From: an uncultured Methanosarcinales archaeon
GTDB taxonomy: Archaea > Nanobdellota > Nanobdellia > Woesearchaeales > JAGVZT01
Direction: 5' to 3'
Length of the DNA stretch: 64,000 nt
NCBI GenBank assembly: GCA_964419615.1
Contig: CAYQPU010000003.1
Span: 8,054 to 72,053, forward strand
Part shown: one piece after another, positions 1 through 10,337 of the stretch
Layout: each line of letters begins with the position of its first letter
Numbering within the stretch: position 1 is the first letter of the stretch
Position numbers and translations under genes: made by a program
The notes under the pieces: generated by a model
Database searches by the model: none
What the model was told of the DNA's origin: nothing
What the model saw: the letters and a program-made list of their open reading frames with translations, nothing else

Positions 1-2
1 AA

Positions 3-1580
3 AATCTTGTAGACCAATTTTTAGAAAAGGGTTATTTAATTAGTCCAGATTTGTTTGAATCAAATACTTGTTTTGAAGATTGTGATTTAATCTTTAAAAC
101 ATTGGAAAATCATCCTAATTTAATGGTATTTACCAAGTATCTAAATGAATTTTTAGTAAGTAAACAAATAGATAATTTTAATTGGGATGAAATGGAAAAA
201 TCAAGAGCCTTGTTTGAAAGAAGGAAAAAAAAAGAAGTTTATGAAAAATTCTTAGATTATCTTAATAATCAATCAAATGAATCCTTAGGGGATAGTGAAA
301 ATTTATATAATAATCTCCCAGAGAATATTTCTATATTAAATGAATATACTGAAAATACTAGTAAAAGATCTATTCAAGATTTTATTAATTTGTTTAATAT
401 AAGATATAATAATATTAGAAAATTTCTTGTTAATAGAAGAGAACTTCAAAGTGTAAATTCTATTGGAAGACTTAGAAATAAAACAGATAGACAAAGTGTT
501 TCAATAATTGGTATGGTTACGGATAAAAGATTAACTAAAAATAAACATCTGATGTTAAGATTAGAGGATCCCACAGGATCTATTAATGTTCTTATAAATA
601 AAAATAGATCTGAATTAATGAATATGGGTAAAGATGTTGTATTAGATGAAATTATTGGAGTTACAGGTACTAGTGCTGGAAATATTATTTTTGTAGATAA
701 TTTTGTTTATCCTGATTTACCATCTTATACAGAACTTAAAAAAGCTCCTTTAGAATCTTATTTATTGATTTTATCTGATCTTCATGTAGGTTCAGGAAAT
801 TTTATGGAAGAAGAATTTAATAGGTTCTTAGATTGGATAAATGGTAAGGTTGGTAATGATAAACAAAAATCTTTAGCAAGTAAAATTACTCATATAGTTA
901 TTCTTGGTGATTTGGTAGAAGGAGTTGGGATTTATCCTGGTCAAGAAGATGAATTAGTTATTTTGGATATTGTTGATCAATATAAAAAATGTGCAGATCT
1001 TTTAAGTAAAATTCCAACTCATATTAAATTGATAATTATTCCTGGAAATCATGATGTGGCAAGAATGGCTGAACCTCAACCTCCACTTTACAAAGACCTT
1101 GCAGCTCCTATTTGGAAACTACCAAATTCAATTATGTTAGGTAATCCTTCATTCATTAATATTATGTCAACAGATACTTTCCCTGGATTTGATCTTTTAT
1201 TATATCATGGATATAGTTTTATTTATTATGCTGAAAATGTGGATTCTATTAGACAAAATGGTGGAGTGGATAGAGCTGACTTAATCATGAAATTTTTACT
1301 GCAAAGAAGACATATTGCACCAACACATTCTTCAAATCTTTATATCCCACATGCAGACAAAGATCCTCTCTTAATTAGTAAATCTCCTGATTTCTTTTTA
1401 ACAGGACATCTTCATAAATGTATTGCAGCTAATTACAAAAATACTACTATGATATCTGGAAGTTGTTGGGAATCCAACACTAGTTTTATGGATAAGTTGG
1501 GAGTACAAGCTGAACCTGCAAGAGTTCCAATTATTAATTTACAAACCAGAAAAGTAAAAATAATGAGGTTTGAAAAATGA
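3..1580 (+). CDS. dp1: DNA polymerase D small subunit DP1 (5'-partial; frame open to window edge)
   Basis: OB-fold plus calcineurin-like phosphoesterase motifs DLHVG, GDLVEG, PGNHD, YHG, GHLH; frame reads NLVDQFLEKGYLISPD upstream of the track start at 51. Confidence 0.95.
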   Translation, partial: NLVDQFLEKGYLISPDLFESNTCFEDCDLIFKTLENHPNLMVFTKYLNEFLVSKQIDNFNWDEMEKSRALFERRKKKEVYEKFLDYLNNQSNESLGDSENLYNNLPENISILNEYTENTSKRSIQDFINLFNIRYNNIRKFLVNRRELQSVNSIGRLRNKTDRQSVSIIGMVTDKRLTKNKHLMLRLEDPTGSINVLINKNRSELMNMGKDVVLDEIIGVTGTSAGNIIFVDNFVYPDLPSYTELKKAPLESYLLILSDLHVGSGNFMEEEFNRFLDWINGKVGNDKQKSLASKITHIVILGDLVEGVGIYPGQEDELVILDIVDQYKKCADLLSKIPTHIKLIIIPGNHDVARMAEPQPPLYKDLAAPIWKLPNSIMLGNPSFINIMSTDTFPGFDLLLYHGYSFIYYAENVDSIRQNGGVDRADLIMKFLLQRRHIAPTHSSNLYIPHADKDPLLISKSPDFFLTGHLHKCIAANYKNTTMISGSCWESNTSFMDKLGVQAEPARVPIINLQTRKVKIMRFEK

Positions 1581-4500
1581 TTGCAGCAAGTGCTGAGATA
1601 AAATCTTACTTTAAGAAAATTGAAGGAGATCTTAATAAATCTTATAAATTTGCAGAATTAGCAAGAAAAAAAGGATATGATCCCGAAGATAAAGTAGATA
1701 TTCCTCTTGCAAGAAATATGCAGGAAAGAGTAGAGGGTTTAATTTCAATTGTTGCACCACAGCTTGTCGATTCTGGAATGATTGATAGGATTCATGAACT
1801 TGAAAAAAACTACAGTATCTTGGATTGGAGAGTTGCTTTGATTATAGCTGTGGAAGTTGCTCAAGAAAAATTTTGTAAATTTAAAACAAAAAAAGAAGCA
1901 TTAGAAGTTGGGATAAGAACTGGATTTGCATACCACACATTAGGTATAGTTGCAGCCCCCTTAGAAGGATTTATTGAATTAGAAATTAAAAAAAGACAAG
2001 ATGGAAAAGAGTACTTATCTCCAAAATATGCAGGTCCAATAAGAGGTGCAGGAGGAACGGCTGCTGCATTTTCAGTTATTTTAACAGATTATGTAAGAAA
2101 ACAAATGGGTTATCATCCTTATGACCCTACTGACAAGGAAATTGAGAGGTATGCAGTTGAGATTAGAGATTATCATGAAAGAGTAACCAATTTACAATAT
2201 TATCCTTCTGAGGATGAAATTAAGTTTTTGATTAAAAATATCCCTGTTGAGGTTAATGGTGATCCTACTGAAAAAATTGAAGTTTCTCAACATAAGGATC
2301 TCCCCAGAGTTGATACTCCCCGAGTTAGAGGAGGTGTGTGTTTGGTTGTTGCAGAAGGTTTAACACAAAAAGCACCTAAACTTTGGAAACGACTTGCAAG
2401 CTGGGGAGAAGAATTTGGTTTAGAATGGGGATTTTTGTCAGAGTTTATTGATTTACAAAAAAAGATTAAGGCAGGAGTTAAGGTAAAAAAAGAAGTTGAT
2501 CAAAAGGTTACACCTAATTATACTTATATTAAGGACTTGGTTGCAGGAAGACCAGTATTAACACATCCACTAAGAAAAGGAGGATTCAGACTCAGATATG
2601 GACATAGTAGAGTAAATGGAATGTCAAGTGCTTCAATTCATCCAGCAACACAATTTGTATTAGATAAGTACATTGCATCAGGAACACAATTAAAAGTTGA
2701 AAGACCTGGTAAAGCTGCTGCTGTTACAACATGTGATACTATTGAAGGTCCTATTGTAAAATTAAAAGATTCAAGTGTTGTTCAAATTAATTCAGTAAAA
2801 GAAGCTAAGCAGTATTTGGGAGCTGTTTCTGAAATTATTTATTTGGGGGATATTTTGTTTAATTATGGAGATTTTAGTGAAAATAATCATGTGCTGATTC
2901 CTCCTGGTTATTGTGAAGAATGGTGGGTTAAGGAACTTGAAAAAGATGTTGTTAACATGTTTGGTTCACTTGATTATGAAAAATTAAGTGAATTATTAGA
3001 TGTTCAAACTAATAAAATAAATAATCTGATTAATTCAAATGAATTTGATGTTAATGTATGTTTTCAAATTAGTAATCAGACAAAAGTACCTTTACATCCA
3101 AAATTTACTTTTTTTTGGAACTCAATTAATCCAGATGAATTAAGTCAATTAGTATCTTGGTTTGAAAAAATTAGAATTATTAAAGATGGAGATAAAATTA
3201 AAAGATTTGTACTTCCATTAACAGATGAAAAATTAATTATTGAAAAATTAGGGGTTCCCTATAAAGTTGTTACAAATGAATTTGTGATTTTAAGTGCAGA
3301 GTTGGGTATTACTTTTATGAATATTTTAAATCTTGAAAAATTAACTCTTTTGGAATGTAAAAACATAATTAAGACTAATAAAAATAAAGATACTTTAGAA
3401 ATAATTAATATGATTTCTCCTGTAATTATTCGGGATAAAGGAGGCACATTTATTGGTGCAAGGATGGGAAGACCTGAAAAAGCTAAGATGAGAACTTTAA
3501 GAGGATCTCCCCATGTTTTGTTTCCTGTTGGAGATGAAGGAGGTAGGTTAAGGTCAATTTTGGCAGCTAGAGATGTTGGACAAATAACTGCAGATTTTCC
3601 AATTTATTATTGTGATAGTTGTGATAAGGAATCAGTTTTTAGCGTATGTGATATTTGTGATAAAAAAATAAATAAAAAGTTTTATTGTAAAGAATGTGGA
3701 GTTGTAGATAATGAAGAATGTCAACATGGTCCAACTTATACTTATTCAAAAAGAAGCATAGATATCAATAACCTTTTATCATCATCTTTAAAAAAAATTA
3801 AATTTAGGGCAACACCTGATCTTATTAAGGGAGTAAGGGGAACTTCAAACAAAGATCATATTCCTGAACATATAATTAAGGGGATATTAAGAGCAAAACA
3901 TGATATCTTTGTTAACAAAGATGGAACAACAAGATATGATATGTCTGAACTGGCCATTTCCCATTTTAAACCAAAAGAGATAGGTACAAATGTTGAAACA
4001 CTCATTAAATTAGGATATAAAAAAGATATAACTGGAAAACCTTTGGAAAATGAAGATCAATTACTTGAGATTAAGCCTCAAGATATAATTCTTCCTGGAA
4101 ATAGAAATAATCCTGATGAAGCAGCTGATGTTGTTTTGTTTAGAACTGCAAATTTTGTTGATGAATTATTAAGAAAGTTTTATGGTCAAAAATCTTTTTA
4201 CAAACTAAAGCAACCTACTGATATTGTAGGACATTTAGTCATTGGATTAGCCCCACACATATCCGCAGGTATGGTGGGAAGAATTATAGGTTTTTCAAAG
4301 ATTCAAGGCTGTTTTGCGCATCCCCTTTGGCATGCAGCTTTGAGAAGAGATTGTGATGGAGATGAATGTTGTGTTATATTATTAATGGATGCATTACTTA
4401 ATTTTTCAAGACAATTTCTTCCAGATAAAAGGGGTGGAAGAACAATGGATGCTCCTTTGGTATTAAGTTCAAAATTAATACCTTCAGAAGTAGATGATAT

Positions 4501-5101
4501 GGTTCATGGAATAGATGTTGTATGGAGTTATCCTTTGGAGTTTTATGAGGCTTGTATGAATTACAAATATCCAAGAGAAGTGGATATTGATCAAATAGGA
4601 GATAGATTAGATACTCCTGGTCAATATGAGTCAATGGGATTTACCCATGATACAACTAATTTTAATCATGGAGTTTTATGTTCTGCCTATAAAATCCTTC
4701 CAACAATGCAGGAAAAACTGTCTGGACAGATGGAAATTGCTAAGAAAGTAAGAGCTGTTGATCAAAGGCATGTTGCAGATCTAGTTATAAATAAACATTT
4801 TATAAAAGATATAAAGGGTAATCTTAGAAAATTTTCAATGCAACAATTCAGATGTGTTAAATGTAATACAAAATACAGAAGACCTCCTCTTGCTGGTAAA
4901 TGTAGATGTGGTGGGAAAATAATATTTACTATTTCTGAAGGTTCTATTGTCAAATATCTTGAGCCAAGTATAAGTTTGGCTGAAAAATATGAAGTTTCAG
5001 ATTACCTTAAACAAACTCTAGATTTGACAAAAAGAAGGATTGAGGCTGTATTTGGTAAAGATAAAGAAAAACAAGAAGATTTGGGTAAATGGTTTGATTA
5101 A
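1577..5101 (+). CDS. dp2: DNA polymerase D large subunit DP2
   Basis: DLVAGRPV, RRDCDGDE catalytic motif, Zn fingers, C-terminal PIP-like QEDLGKWF; overlaps dp1 stop; no intein. Confidence 0.97.
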   Translation: MIAASAEIKSYFKKIEGDLNKSYKFAELARKKGYDPEDKVDIPLARNMQERVEGLISIVAPQLVDSGMIDRIHELEKNYSILDWRVALIIAVEVAQEKFCKFKTKKEALEVGIRTGFAYHTLGIVAAPLEGFIELEIKKRQDGKEYLSPKYAGPIRGAGGTAAAFSVILTDYVRKQMGYHPYDPTDKEIERYAVEIRDYHERVTNLQYYPSEDEIKFLIKNIPVEVNGDPTEKIEVSQHKDLPRVDTPRVRGGVCLVVAEGLTQKAPKLWKRLASWGEEFGLEWGFLSEFIDLQKKIKAGVKVKKEVDQKVTPNYTYIKDLVAGRPVLTHPLRKGGFRLRYGHSRVNGMSSASIHPATQFVLDKYIASGTQLKVERPGKAAAVTTCDTIEGPIVKLKDSSVVQINSVKEAKQYLGAVSEIIYLGDILFNYGDFSENNHVLIPPGYCEEWWVKELEKDVVNMFGSLDYEKLSELLDVQTNKINNLINSNEFDVNVCFQISNQTKVPLHPKFTFFWNSINPDELSQLVSWFEKIRIIKDGDKIKRFVLPLTDEKLIIEKLGVPYKVVTNEFVILSAELGITFMNILNLEKLTLLECKNIIKTNKNKDTLEIINMISPVIIRDKGGTFIGARMGRPEKAKMRTLRGSPHVLFPVGDEGGRLRSILAARDVGQITADFPIYYCDSCDKESVFSVCDICDKKINKKFYCKECGVVDNEECQHGPTYTYSKRSIDINNLLSSSLKKIKFRATPDLIKGVRGTSNKDHIPEHIIKGILRAKHDIFVNKDGTTRYDMSELAISHFKPKEIGTNVETLIKLGYKKDITGKPLENEDQLLEIKPQDIILPGNRNNPDEAADVVLFRTANFVDELLRKFYGQKSFYKLKQPTDIVGHLVIGLAPHISAGMVGRIIGFSKIQGCFAHPLWHAALRRDCDGDECCVILLMDALLNFSRQFLPDKRGGRTMDAPLVLSSKLIPSEVDDMVHGIDVVWSYPLEFYEACMNYKYPREVDIDQIGDRLDTPGQYESMGFTHDTTNFNHGVLCSAYKILPTMQEKLSGQMEIAKKVRAVDQRHVADLVINKHFIKDIKGNLRKFSMQQFRCVKCNTKYRRPPLAGKCRCGGKIIFTISEGSIVKYLEPSISLAEKYEVSDYLKQTLDLTKRRIEAVFGKDKEKQEDLGKWFD

Positions 5102-5119
5102 GCTATGACAAATTGAATT

Positions 5120-5413
5120 TCACATTCTTATCATGTAAGCATAGGGGATGTTTTGTATTCTCTGTATATTTTCTTTATGTACTACACCACATTCAATACA
5201 TAAACTTACTGATTTTTTACCTACTGCATTAATTGAGTAAGCAGTTTTTGTTAACTCTTTAATTTGTTTTGGATCTTCTTCTTGTCCATTATAAAAATCA
5301 GCTGATGTGTCAATTACTTTTTCATCTTGCTCAAATTTCTGTCCAATTAGTTCTTTATCACAAATTACTAAAATCAGTTTATTATCAGGAGAAATGTGTT
5401 TCTTTATTATCAT
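5120..5413 (-). CDS. DUF424-like protein
   Basis: LVICDKELIG...FYNG...INAVGKKSV pattern; coupled to aIF2b. Confidence 0.75.
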   Translation of the reverse strand: MIIKKHISPDNKLILVICDKELIGQKFEQDEKVIDTSADFYNGQEEDPKQIKELTKTAYSINAVGKKSVSLCIECGVVHKENIQRIQNIPYAYMIRM

Positions 5414-5817
5414 ATTTTGGTTTTAATGGGATGTCTAGCTCCGCATGCTGTACATTTGATAAAATCTATCCTACCTTCAGTAACAATTTTGGTATCTGGT
5501 TTATTACATTCCTTACATGTTACAAATTCCTTGACATATTTTGATATTTTCTGGTTAATCATAGATGCAGATACTTTTCTACCCAGAATTAAGCCTTTAG
5601 TTTTAATATCTCCAGGAGTTGCTAATTCTTTCAAAATAAACTTAAGAATATGTTGTGGTTCTCTTCTTAGTGTAGAAGCGATTAAATTAAAGTTTCTAAT
5701 AATTGTTTTATTTCCTTGAATATGTCCCCTTACCTTTGGAACTTCAAATCTTTCCTGACTTTTAGTTGTATCTGGTAGTTCTTGTTTAGCCTTTTTTAGT
5801 AAATCTTTGTAATCCAT
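5410..5817 (-). CDS. eif2b: translation initiation factor aIF-2 beta
   Basis: RFEVP..GNKTII.NF, ELATPG, C-terminal CxxC..PDT..CxxCG zinc ribbon. Confidence 0.93.
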   Translation of the reverse strand: MDYKDLLKKAKQELPDTTKSQERFEVPKVRGHIQGNKTIIRNFNLIASTLRREPQHILKFILKELATPGDIKTKGLILGRKVSASMINQKISKYVKEFVTCKECNKPDTKIVTEGRIDFIKCTACGARHPIKTKI

Positions 5818-5901
5818 ATGATCAAGAAATATGGTTTTGTTTTTAAAGATTGTGGGCTAAGTAGTAAATTATATATATCTCTATTTGGATTTTTAATAGT
5901 A

Positions 5902-6771
5902 ATGGTATTAGAGAGTCTGATTGATCCAATAAATGCAAGTAAAAGCAAATTAAATCTAATTGCCTTAGGATTTTTATATGCATCTGTTGGCTTGTTTGTT
6001 GGTTTGCTTGCTTGGCCAGGTCAGGCAAGTTTAGTATTAGTTTTCTTAACAGTAATGGCTTCTATGCCTTTTGTATATAATTTACTAAAAATAGAAGAAG
6101 AAAAAGATACCAAAATCAAAGAAGAAGTAATATTATTAAAAGAGCATTCAAAGGCACTTGGTTCATTAATGCTTTTATTCTTAGGTTTTACAATTGGTTT
6201 TGCCTTTTGGTATAGTACTCTTCCTTCTGCTGTTGTTCAACCAAGTTTTAGTACTCAAGTAAACACAATAGTTAATCTTAATTCAAATGTTGTAGGTTAT
6301 ACTTCTTCTGGATTAAATGATTTTACGAGAGTCTTATTGAACAATGTTAAAGTTCTTATGTTTTGTATACTCTTTGCTTTCTTATATGGTGTAGGTGCAA
6401 TTTTTATTCTTGTATGGAATGCATCTGTGATAGGAGTTGCAATTGGAAATTTTATTAGAAAAGAGATTAGTCTAATTGCTAGTAAGCTTCACTTAACTGT
6501 GGTTTCAAATTATTTTAGAATAGTAAGTGTTGGTTTTTTACAATATATTTTACACGCTATTCCTGAAATATTAGCATATTTTACAGGAGGAATGGCAGGT
6601 GCAATAATATCAATAGCAGTTATTAATCATGAATTTGGTACAGAAAAATTTGAAAAGGTGTTAATTGATTCAATAGATCTTATACTTATTGCAATTGGTT
6701 TATTAATAGTTGCAGCTTTTATTGAGGTTTATATAACTCCTCCATTTAGATATTTTATTCTAGGACTTTAA
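5902..6771 (+). CDS. SpoIIM-family multi-pass membrane protein
   Basis: NNVKV, ILVWNASVIG, HAIPEI, AAFIEVYITP motifs; start moved to ATG 5902 (MVLESLID). Confidence 0.8.
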   Translation: MVLESLIDPINASKSKLNLIALGFLYASVGLFVGLLAWPGQASLVLVFLTVMASMPFVYNLLKIEEEKDTKIKEEVILLKEHSKALGSLMLLFLGFTIGFAFWYSTLPSAVVQPSFSTQVNTIVNLNSNVVGYTSSGLNDFTRVLLNNVKVLMFCILFAFLYGVGAIFILVWNASVIGVAIGNFIRKEISLIASKLHLTVVSNYFRIVSVGFLQYILHAIPEILAYFTGGMAGAIISIAVINHEFGTEKFEKVLIDSIDLILIAIGLLIVAAFIEVYITPPFRYFILGL

Positions 6772-7468
6772 GCCTACCACTTTTTATTTCAAATATCTCT
6801 CCTTCTTTTAAAAGATTTTTTATAATATCCTCTCCATCAGTTAAACCATATGATTCTACAACTTCATCAAAATCTGCTCCCTCTCCCTTGTCAAGTTTTT
6901 TTATTAAATCAAATACTGATTGAGTTTTTTCTACAGGTTGATGATTATTAGGAGTTTCCTTTTTAGTTATTTTTTGAGAAGTTTTATTTGTATTTTGATT
7001 TAATTTCCCTTTTTCTTTATCTTGAAGGTTAACTGATTTTGTTTTTTTAAGTTCTTTTATTGATAATCTTTTTTTCCAAACGTCCACCCATCTTTTATCT
7101 TCTACTTTTTTAACAATTTCAGGAATAATATATTTATCATCATTAAATTCTCTTGGTTTACCAATAATGTTTACTATGTCTCCCATTTGAATATCCTTTA
7201 ATTGCTTAATTTCTTCAAAAGCTCTAACTTGGATGTTTCCAGTACCATCATCAACTAAAAAGCTTTTATTATCCAGACTAATATCTATTATAACTCCCAT
7301 TAAATTAACTCTTGATATCTCATTATTATCTTTGGTTAGAATATAATTTGGTTGCCATCCATCTTGTCTAATATACTTGCCTTGAATAAGAGTGTTTATA
7401 CTGACTATGCAGGCTACTTGCCTTTTCTGAACAGTACTAGATTTTTTGGATGTATCCTCTTCTTGGTT
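6755..7468 (-). CDS. RPA32-like OB-fold protein with C-terminal winged helix
   Basis: RVNLMGVI, DDGTGNIQVR, VNIIGKPREF OB-fold; C-terminal EGEIFE wHTH; probable TTG start at 7468 with GGTGA SD inside the mcm 3' end. Confidence 0.75.
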   Translation of the reverse strand, partial: NQEEDTSKKSSTVQKRQVACIVSINTLIQGKYIRQDGWQPNYILTKDNNEISRVNLMGVIIDISLDNKSFLVDDGTGNIQVRAFEEIKQLKDIQMGDIVNIIGKPREFNDDKYIIPEIVKKVEDKRWVDVWKKRLSIKELKKTKSVNLQDKEKGKLNQNTNKTSQKITKKETPNNHQPVEKTQSVFDLIKKLDKGEGADFDEVVESYGLTDGEDIIKNLLKEGEIFEIKSGRLKVLE

Positions 7469-9455
7469 CAAATAAATCACCAGATCGTTTGAGTTTTTCA
7501 ATAACCTCTTCTACTTCACTATCTTCAACACCTTTTTCTGCAGCTTGTCTTAAAATATCTTCAATTGGAATTGTTTTAATTCCTTTGTTTTCAATTTCAG
7601 ATATGATCTCTCTTATTAATACAATTTTGCTTCTTTGGGTTGCAGCAACCCCAGTTGCAATTCTATCAATATCTATCTTACCTGTTTCTTTATCAACTCC
7701 CACTTGAGTTAAACAGTAATGAAGTAAAGATATAGCTCTTTTAGCATCTGCTTTGGTTACTTTTCCAGCCAATCTAACTCTTGCACTAGCTTCAGATAAT
7801 CTAACTAAAGCTTCAAGTTGTCTTGGACTAATAGGGATGGATTTGATTAAATCTTCTTCAGAAGAGCCTTTATTTCTTAAATCAACATAATATGTCTTAA
7901 TCTCTTTTATGGCTGCATTTGTCAAAACAGGTTTAACTCCTTGTTTTGCATATGCAATATATTTTTTTATTAAATCAGTTTCAATTTCAGGTTCAACTGT
8001 TTCTAAATTTTTGTGGATTTCTAAAATAAATGATGCCATCTTGTCATCTTTTTTTTCATCAGGCATATCTTTTATTGGAAATATTAAGTCAAATCTGTTA
8101 ATAAGAGTTGGAGGTAATTCAATTTGCTTTGCTAACATCTCATAAGGATCAAATCTACCAAATTTAGGGTTAGCTGCTGCTAGTACTGTGGTTTTTGCAA
8201 GTAATGTAGCTTGAATATTGGCTTTAGATACAGTCACAGTTTGTTGCTCTAAAGCTTCATGCATTGCGCTCCTATCTTCAGAACTCATTTTATCTAATTC
8301 ATCAATACAACAGATTCCTTTGTTTGCTAGAACAAGAGCACCTGCCTCTAGAGCATACCCTTTCATAAATTCATCTTTAACAACACTTGCTGTTAAACCA
8401 ACACCAGTTGCACCTTTACCAGAAACATACATACCTTTTGGAGCTATTACTTGTATTCTTTTTAAAAGCTGAGATTTACCAGCTCCTGGATCTCCAATAA
8501 GTAACACATGAATGTCTCCTCTTGTTACAACCCCATCATTTCTCTTTTTTTGAACTCCAGCAAAAAGCTGTAAAATTAATGCTTCTTTTACTCTATCATG
8601 ACCATAAATTGAAGGTGCTATTGACTGAAGGAATTTATCATATATTTTTGGATCTTGAGAAAGTTCTTGTATCTTTTTTTCTTCTTTCTTTGAAATTTTG
8701 ATTTCAGTAAAATCTTCTTCCAAGGCTTTTACATGGTTTGAATCTATTACCAGATCATATCTTGTTGAGGTACCACCTGTTCTTAGAACAATTGGAACTT
8801 CTCGAATTATTCCTGTAACTAGAATTTTTGATCCAGGATTGGTTTTCTTTTCAGAGATAGGACTTACAAGATCTTGCTTAAGAAATATGCTTATTCTTTT
8901 TGGTTGCTCACTGCCTTCCAGATTTTCAGGTGCTTCTTCTAGTACTATTCTTTGGGCATCAACTAATTCTTTACTAATAACTCTGAATTTGCCTTTTCTT
9001 CCACAACCACATCTTGATGGTTCCTTAAACTTGGTATCTACCTGCAAAATGTTGATAATATTCCCACAAGAAGGACATTCAAATTGACTAGAAATCACTT
9101 GGGGCCGGACATCTGATTTTTGTCTTACTAATCCGTCAACTAAGACAAATATTCCTAAATGCTTTGCTCTCACGTCCCTAATTCTTACTCTCTGAGATTC
9201 AGGGATATTTGAAAATCTGACTTTGAATCTTTCTGTTTCTTTAATATCAAAATTTTCTACAGATAACTCAGCTGCTTTAATTACTTCTTCTGGTTGTTCT
9301 AAAAGTTCTTCAGCTAAGCTAGGATCAAACTTTAAAAGTTCTTTAAAATCAACAATTAAAAAACTCTTGTCAGACTGAACATTTTGGAGAATTTGGGTTT
9401 TATAATTAATGTCAAGAAACTCATCAAATCTCTTAATCTGTTCTGCAGCCTCCAT
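7437..9455 (-). CDS. mcm: replicative helicase MCM
   Basis: C4 Zn finger, GDPGAGKSQ Walker A, IDELDKM, RFDL arginine finger, ISPRQLE; no intein. Confidence 0.97.
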   Translation of the reverse strand: MEAAEQIKRFDEFLDINYKTQILQNVQSDKSFLIVDFKELLKFDPSLAEELLEQPEEVIKAAELSVENFDIKETERFKVRFSNIPESQRVRIRDVRAKHLGIFVLVDGLVRQKSDVRPQVISSQFECPSCGNIINILQVDTKFKEPSRCGCGRKGKFRVISKELVDAQRIVLEEAPENLEGSEQPKRISIFLKQDLVSPISEKKTNPGSKILVTGIIREVPIVLRTGGTSTRYDLVIDSNHVKALEEDFTEIKISKKEEKKIQELSQDPKIYDKFLQSIAPSIYGHDRVKEALILQLFAGVQKKRNDGVVTRGDIHVLLIGDPGAGKSQLLKRIQVIAPKGMYVSGKGATGVGLTASVVKDEFMKGYALEAGALVLANKGICCIDELDKMSSEDRSAMHEALEQQTVTVSKANIQATLLAKTTVLAAANPKFGRFDPYEMLAKQIELPPTLINRFDLIFPIKDMPDEKKDDKMASFILEIHKNLETVEPEIETDLIKKYIAYAKQGVKPVLTNAAIKEIKTYYVDLRNKGSSEEDLIKSIPISPRQLEALVRLSEASARVRLAGKVTKADAKRAISLLHYCLTQVGVDKETGKIDIDRIATGVAATQRSKIVLIREIISEIENKGIKTIPIEDILRQAAEKGVEDSEVEEVIEKLKRSGDLFEPRRGYIQKI

Positions 9456-9459
9456 ACTG

Positions 9460-10035
9460 TTACATTACTTTTTTTAGGTTTAAGATTAATTTATCAAGTG
9501 CTGCATGTACTTCAGCTTCACTTTTTGTACCAGTACATACAACTTTTCCATTAGTAAATAACAGGAATGTTGCCTTAGCATCAATTAACTTGAAAACCAA
9601 TCCTGGAAATTGTTCAGGTTCATATTCTGTATTCTTAAGCTTCATTGCTAAAGTGTTCAAATTCAGATCCATTCCAACTGAACCAGATGCAACAATGTTT
9701 TGAATCTTGATTTCAGGTTCAATGTCAATATTTACATTGATCTTTTTAAGATTAATAATTATCTTTTTTATTGATTCCTCTACTTTATCCATAGATTTTG
9801 CGCCAGTACACACAACTTTTCCGGAACTAAAGATTAATGCAGATGTTTTTGGTTCTCTGATTCTAATAACTAATCCTGGAAATTGTTCTGGATTATACTC
9901 TGTGTTTGGAAGAGTTGCGGCCATCTTTTCAAGAGGAATGTCTTGTTCTAAAGAGGTGCTAACTACAATATTTACAACTCTAATATCTCGATTTTTACCT
10001 TCTTTCCATGTATCTACTTTCTTTTTGTTAGTCAT
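9460..10035 (-). CDS. tbp: TATA-box binding protein
   Basis: two direct repeats of NIVxS..EYxPEQFPGLV..LxFxxGKVVCTG. Confidence 0.97.
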   Translation of the reverse strand: MTNKKKVDTWKEGKNRDIRVVNIVVSTSLEQDIPLEKMAATLPNTEYNPEQFPGLVIRIREPKTSALIFSSGKVVCTGAKSMDKVEESIKKIIINLKKINVNIDIEPEIKIQNIVASGSVGMDLNLNTLAMKLKNTEYEPEQFPGLVFKLIDAKATFLLFTNGKVVCTGTKSEAEVHAALDKLILNLKKVM

Positions 10036-10152
10036 TTTTTATACCCCCGTAATTTGGCAAATGCCAACTTTTCATTTATAAATGAAAATTCATTTATAAA
10101 TACTTTTATTTTTAAATGATATTTAAACAAAATATATGTTAAAAAAGGGATG

Positions 10153-10257
10153 CCCCCCTGGTTTCCAATAGAATTATGGGCTTTAGATACTGTTAAACCC
10201 TTGTTTTTTAATATATGATCATTTAATACATAGTTGACCCCTCAATTTCCAGTGGAG
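10153..10257 (-). other. candidate replication origin with two ORB-like elements and adjacent AT-rich tract
   Basis: minus strand TTCTATTGGAAACCAGGGGGG (10173-10153) and CTCCACTGGAAATTGAGGGG (10257-10238) match the archaeal ORB pattern TCCAxTGGAAA+G-string; AT-rich 10065-10146. Confidence 0.55.
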
Positions 10258-10337
10258 AGTTTAATATATTTTTTACTAAATTTTAATATATATTGTAAAC
10301 CAAAATTATAAATATAAGTTAACAATAGTTAATTTTC

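Noticed and set aside
5818-5901. SpoIIM-like ORF starting back-to-back with eif2b (CATATG)
   Set aside because: Leaves no room for promoters; ATG 5902 gives a typical N-terminus
1577-9455. Inteins in DP2 or MCM (also checked RadA, CDC48)
   Set aside because: Lengths are normal and no intein motifs were seen
10040-10060. G-string (CCCCC at about 10044-10048) as another ORB
   Set aside because: On the minus strand it is GGGGGT 8 nt before the tbp ATG, i.e. the Shine-Dalgarno, and it lacks TGGAAA
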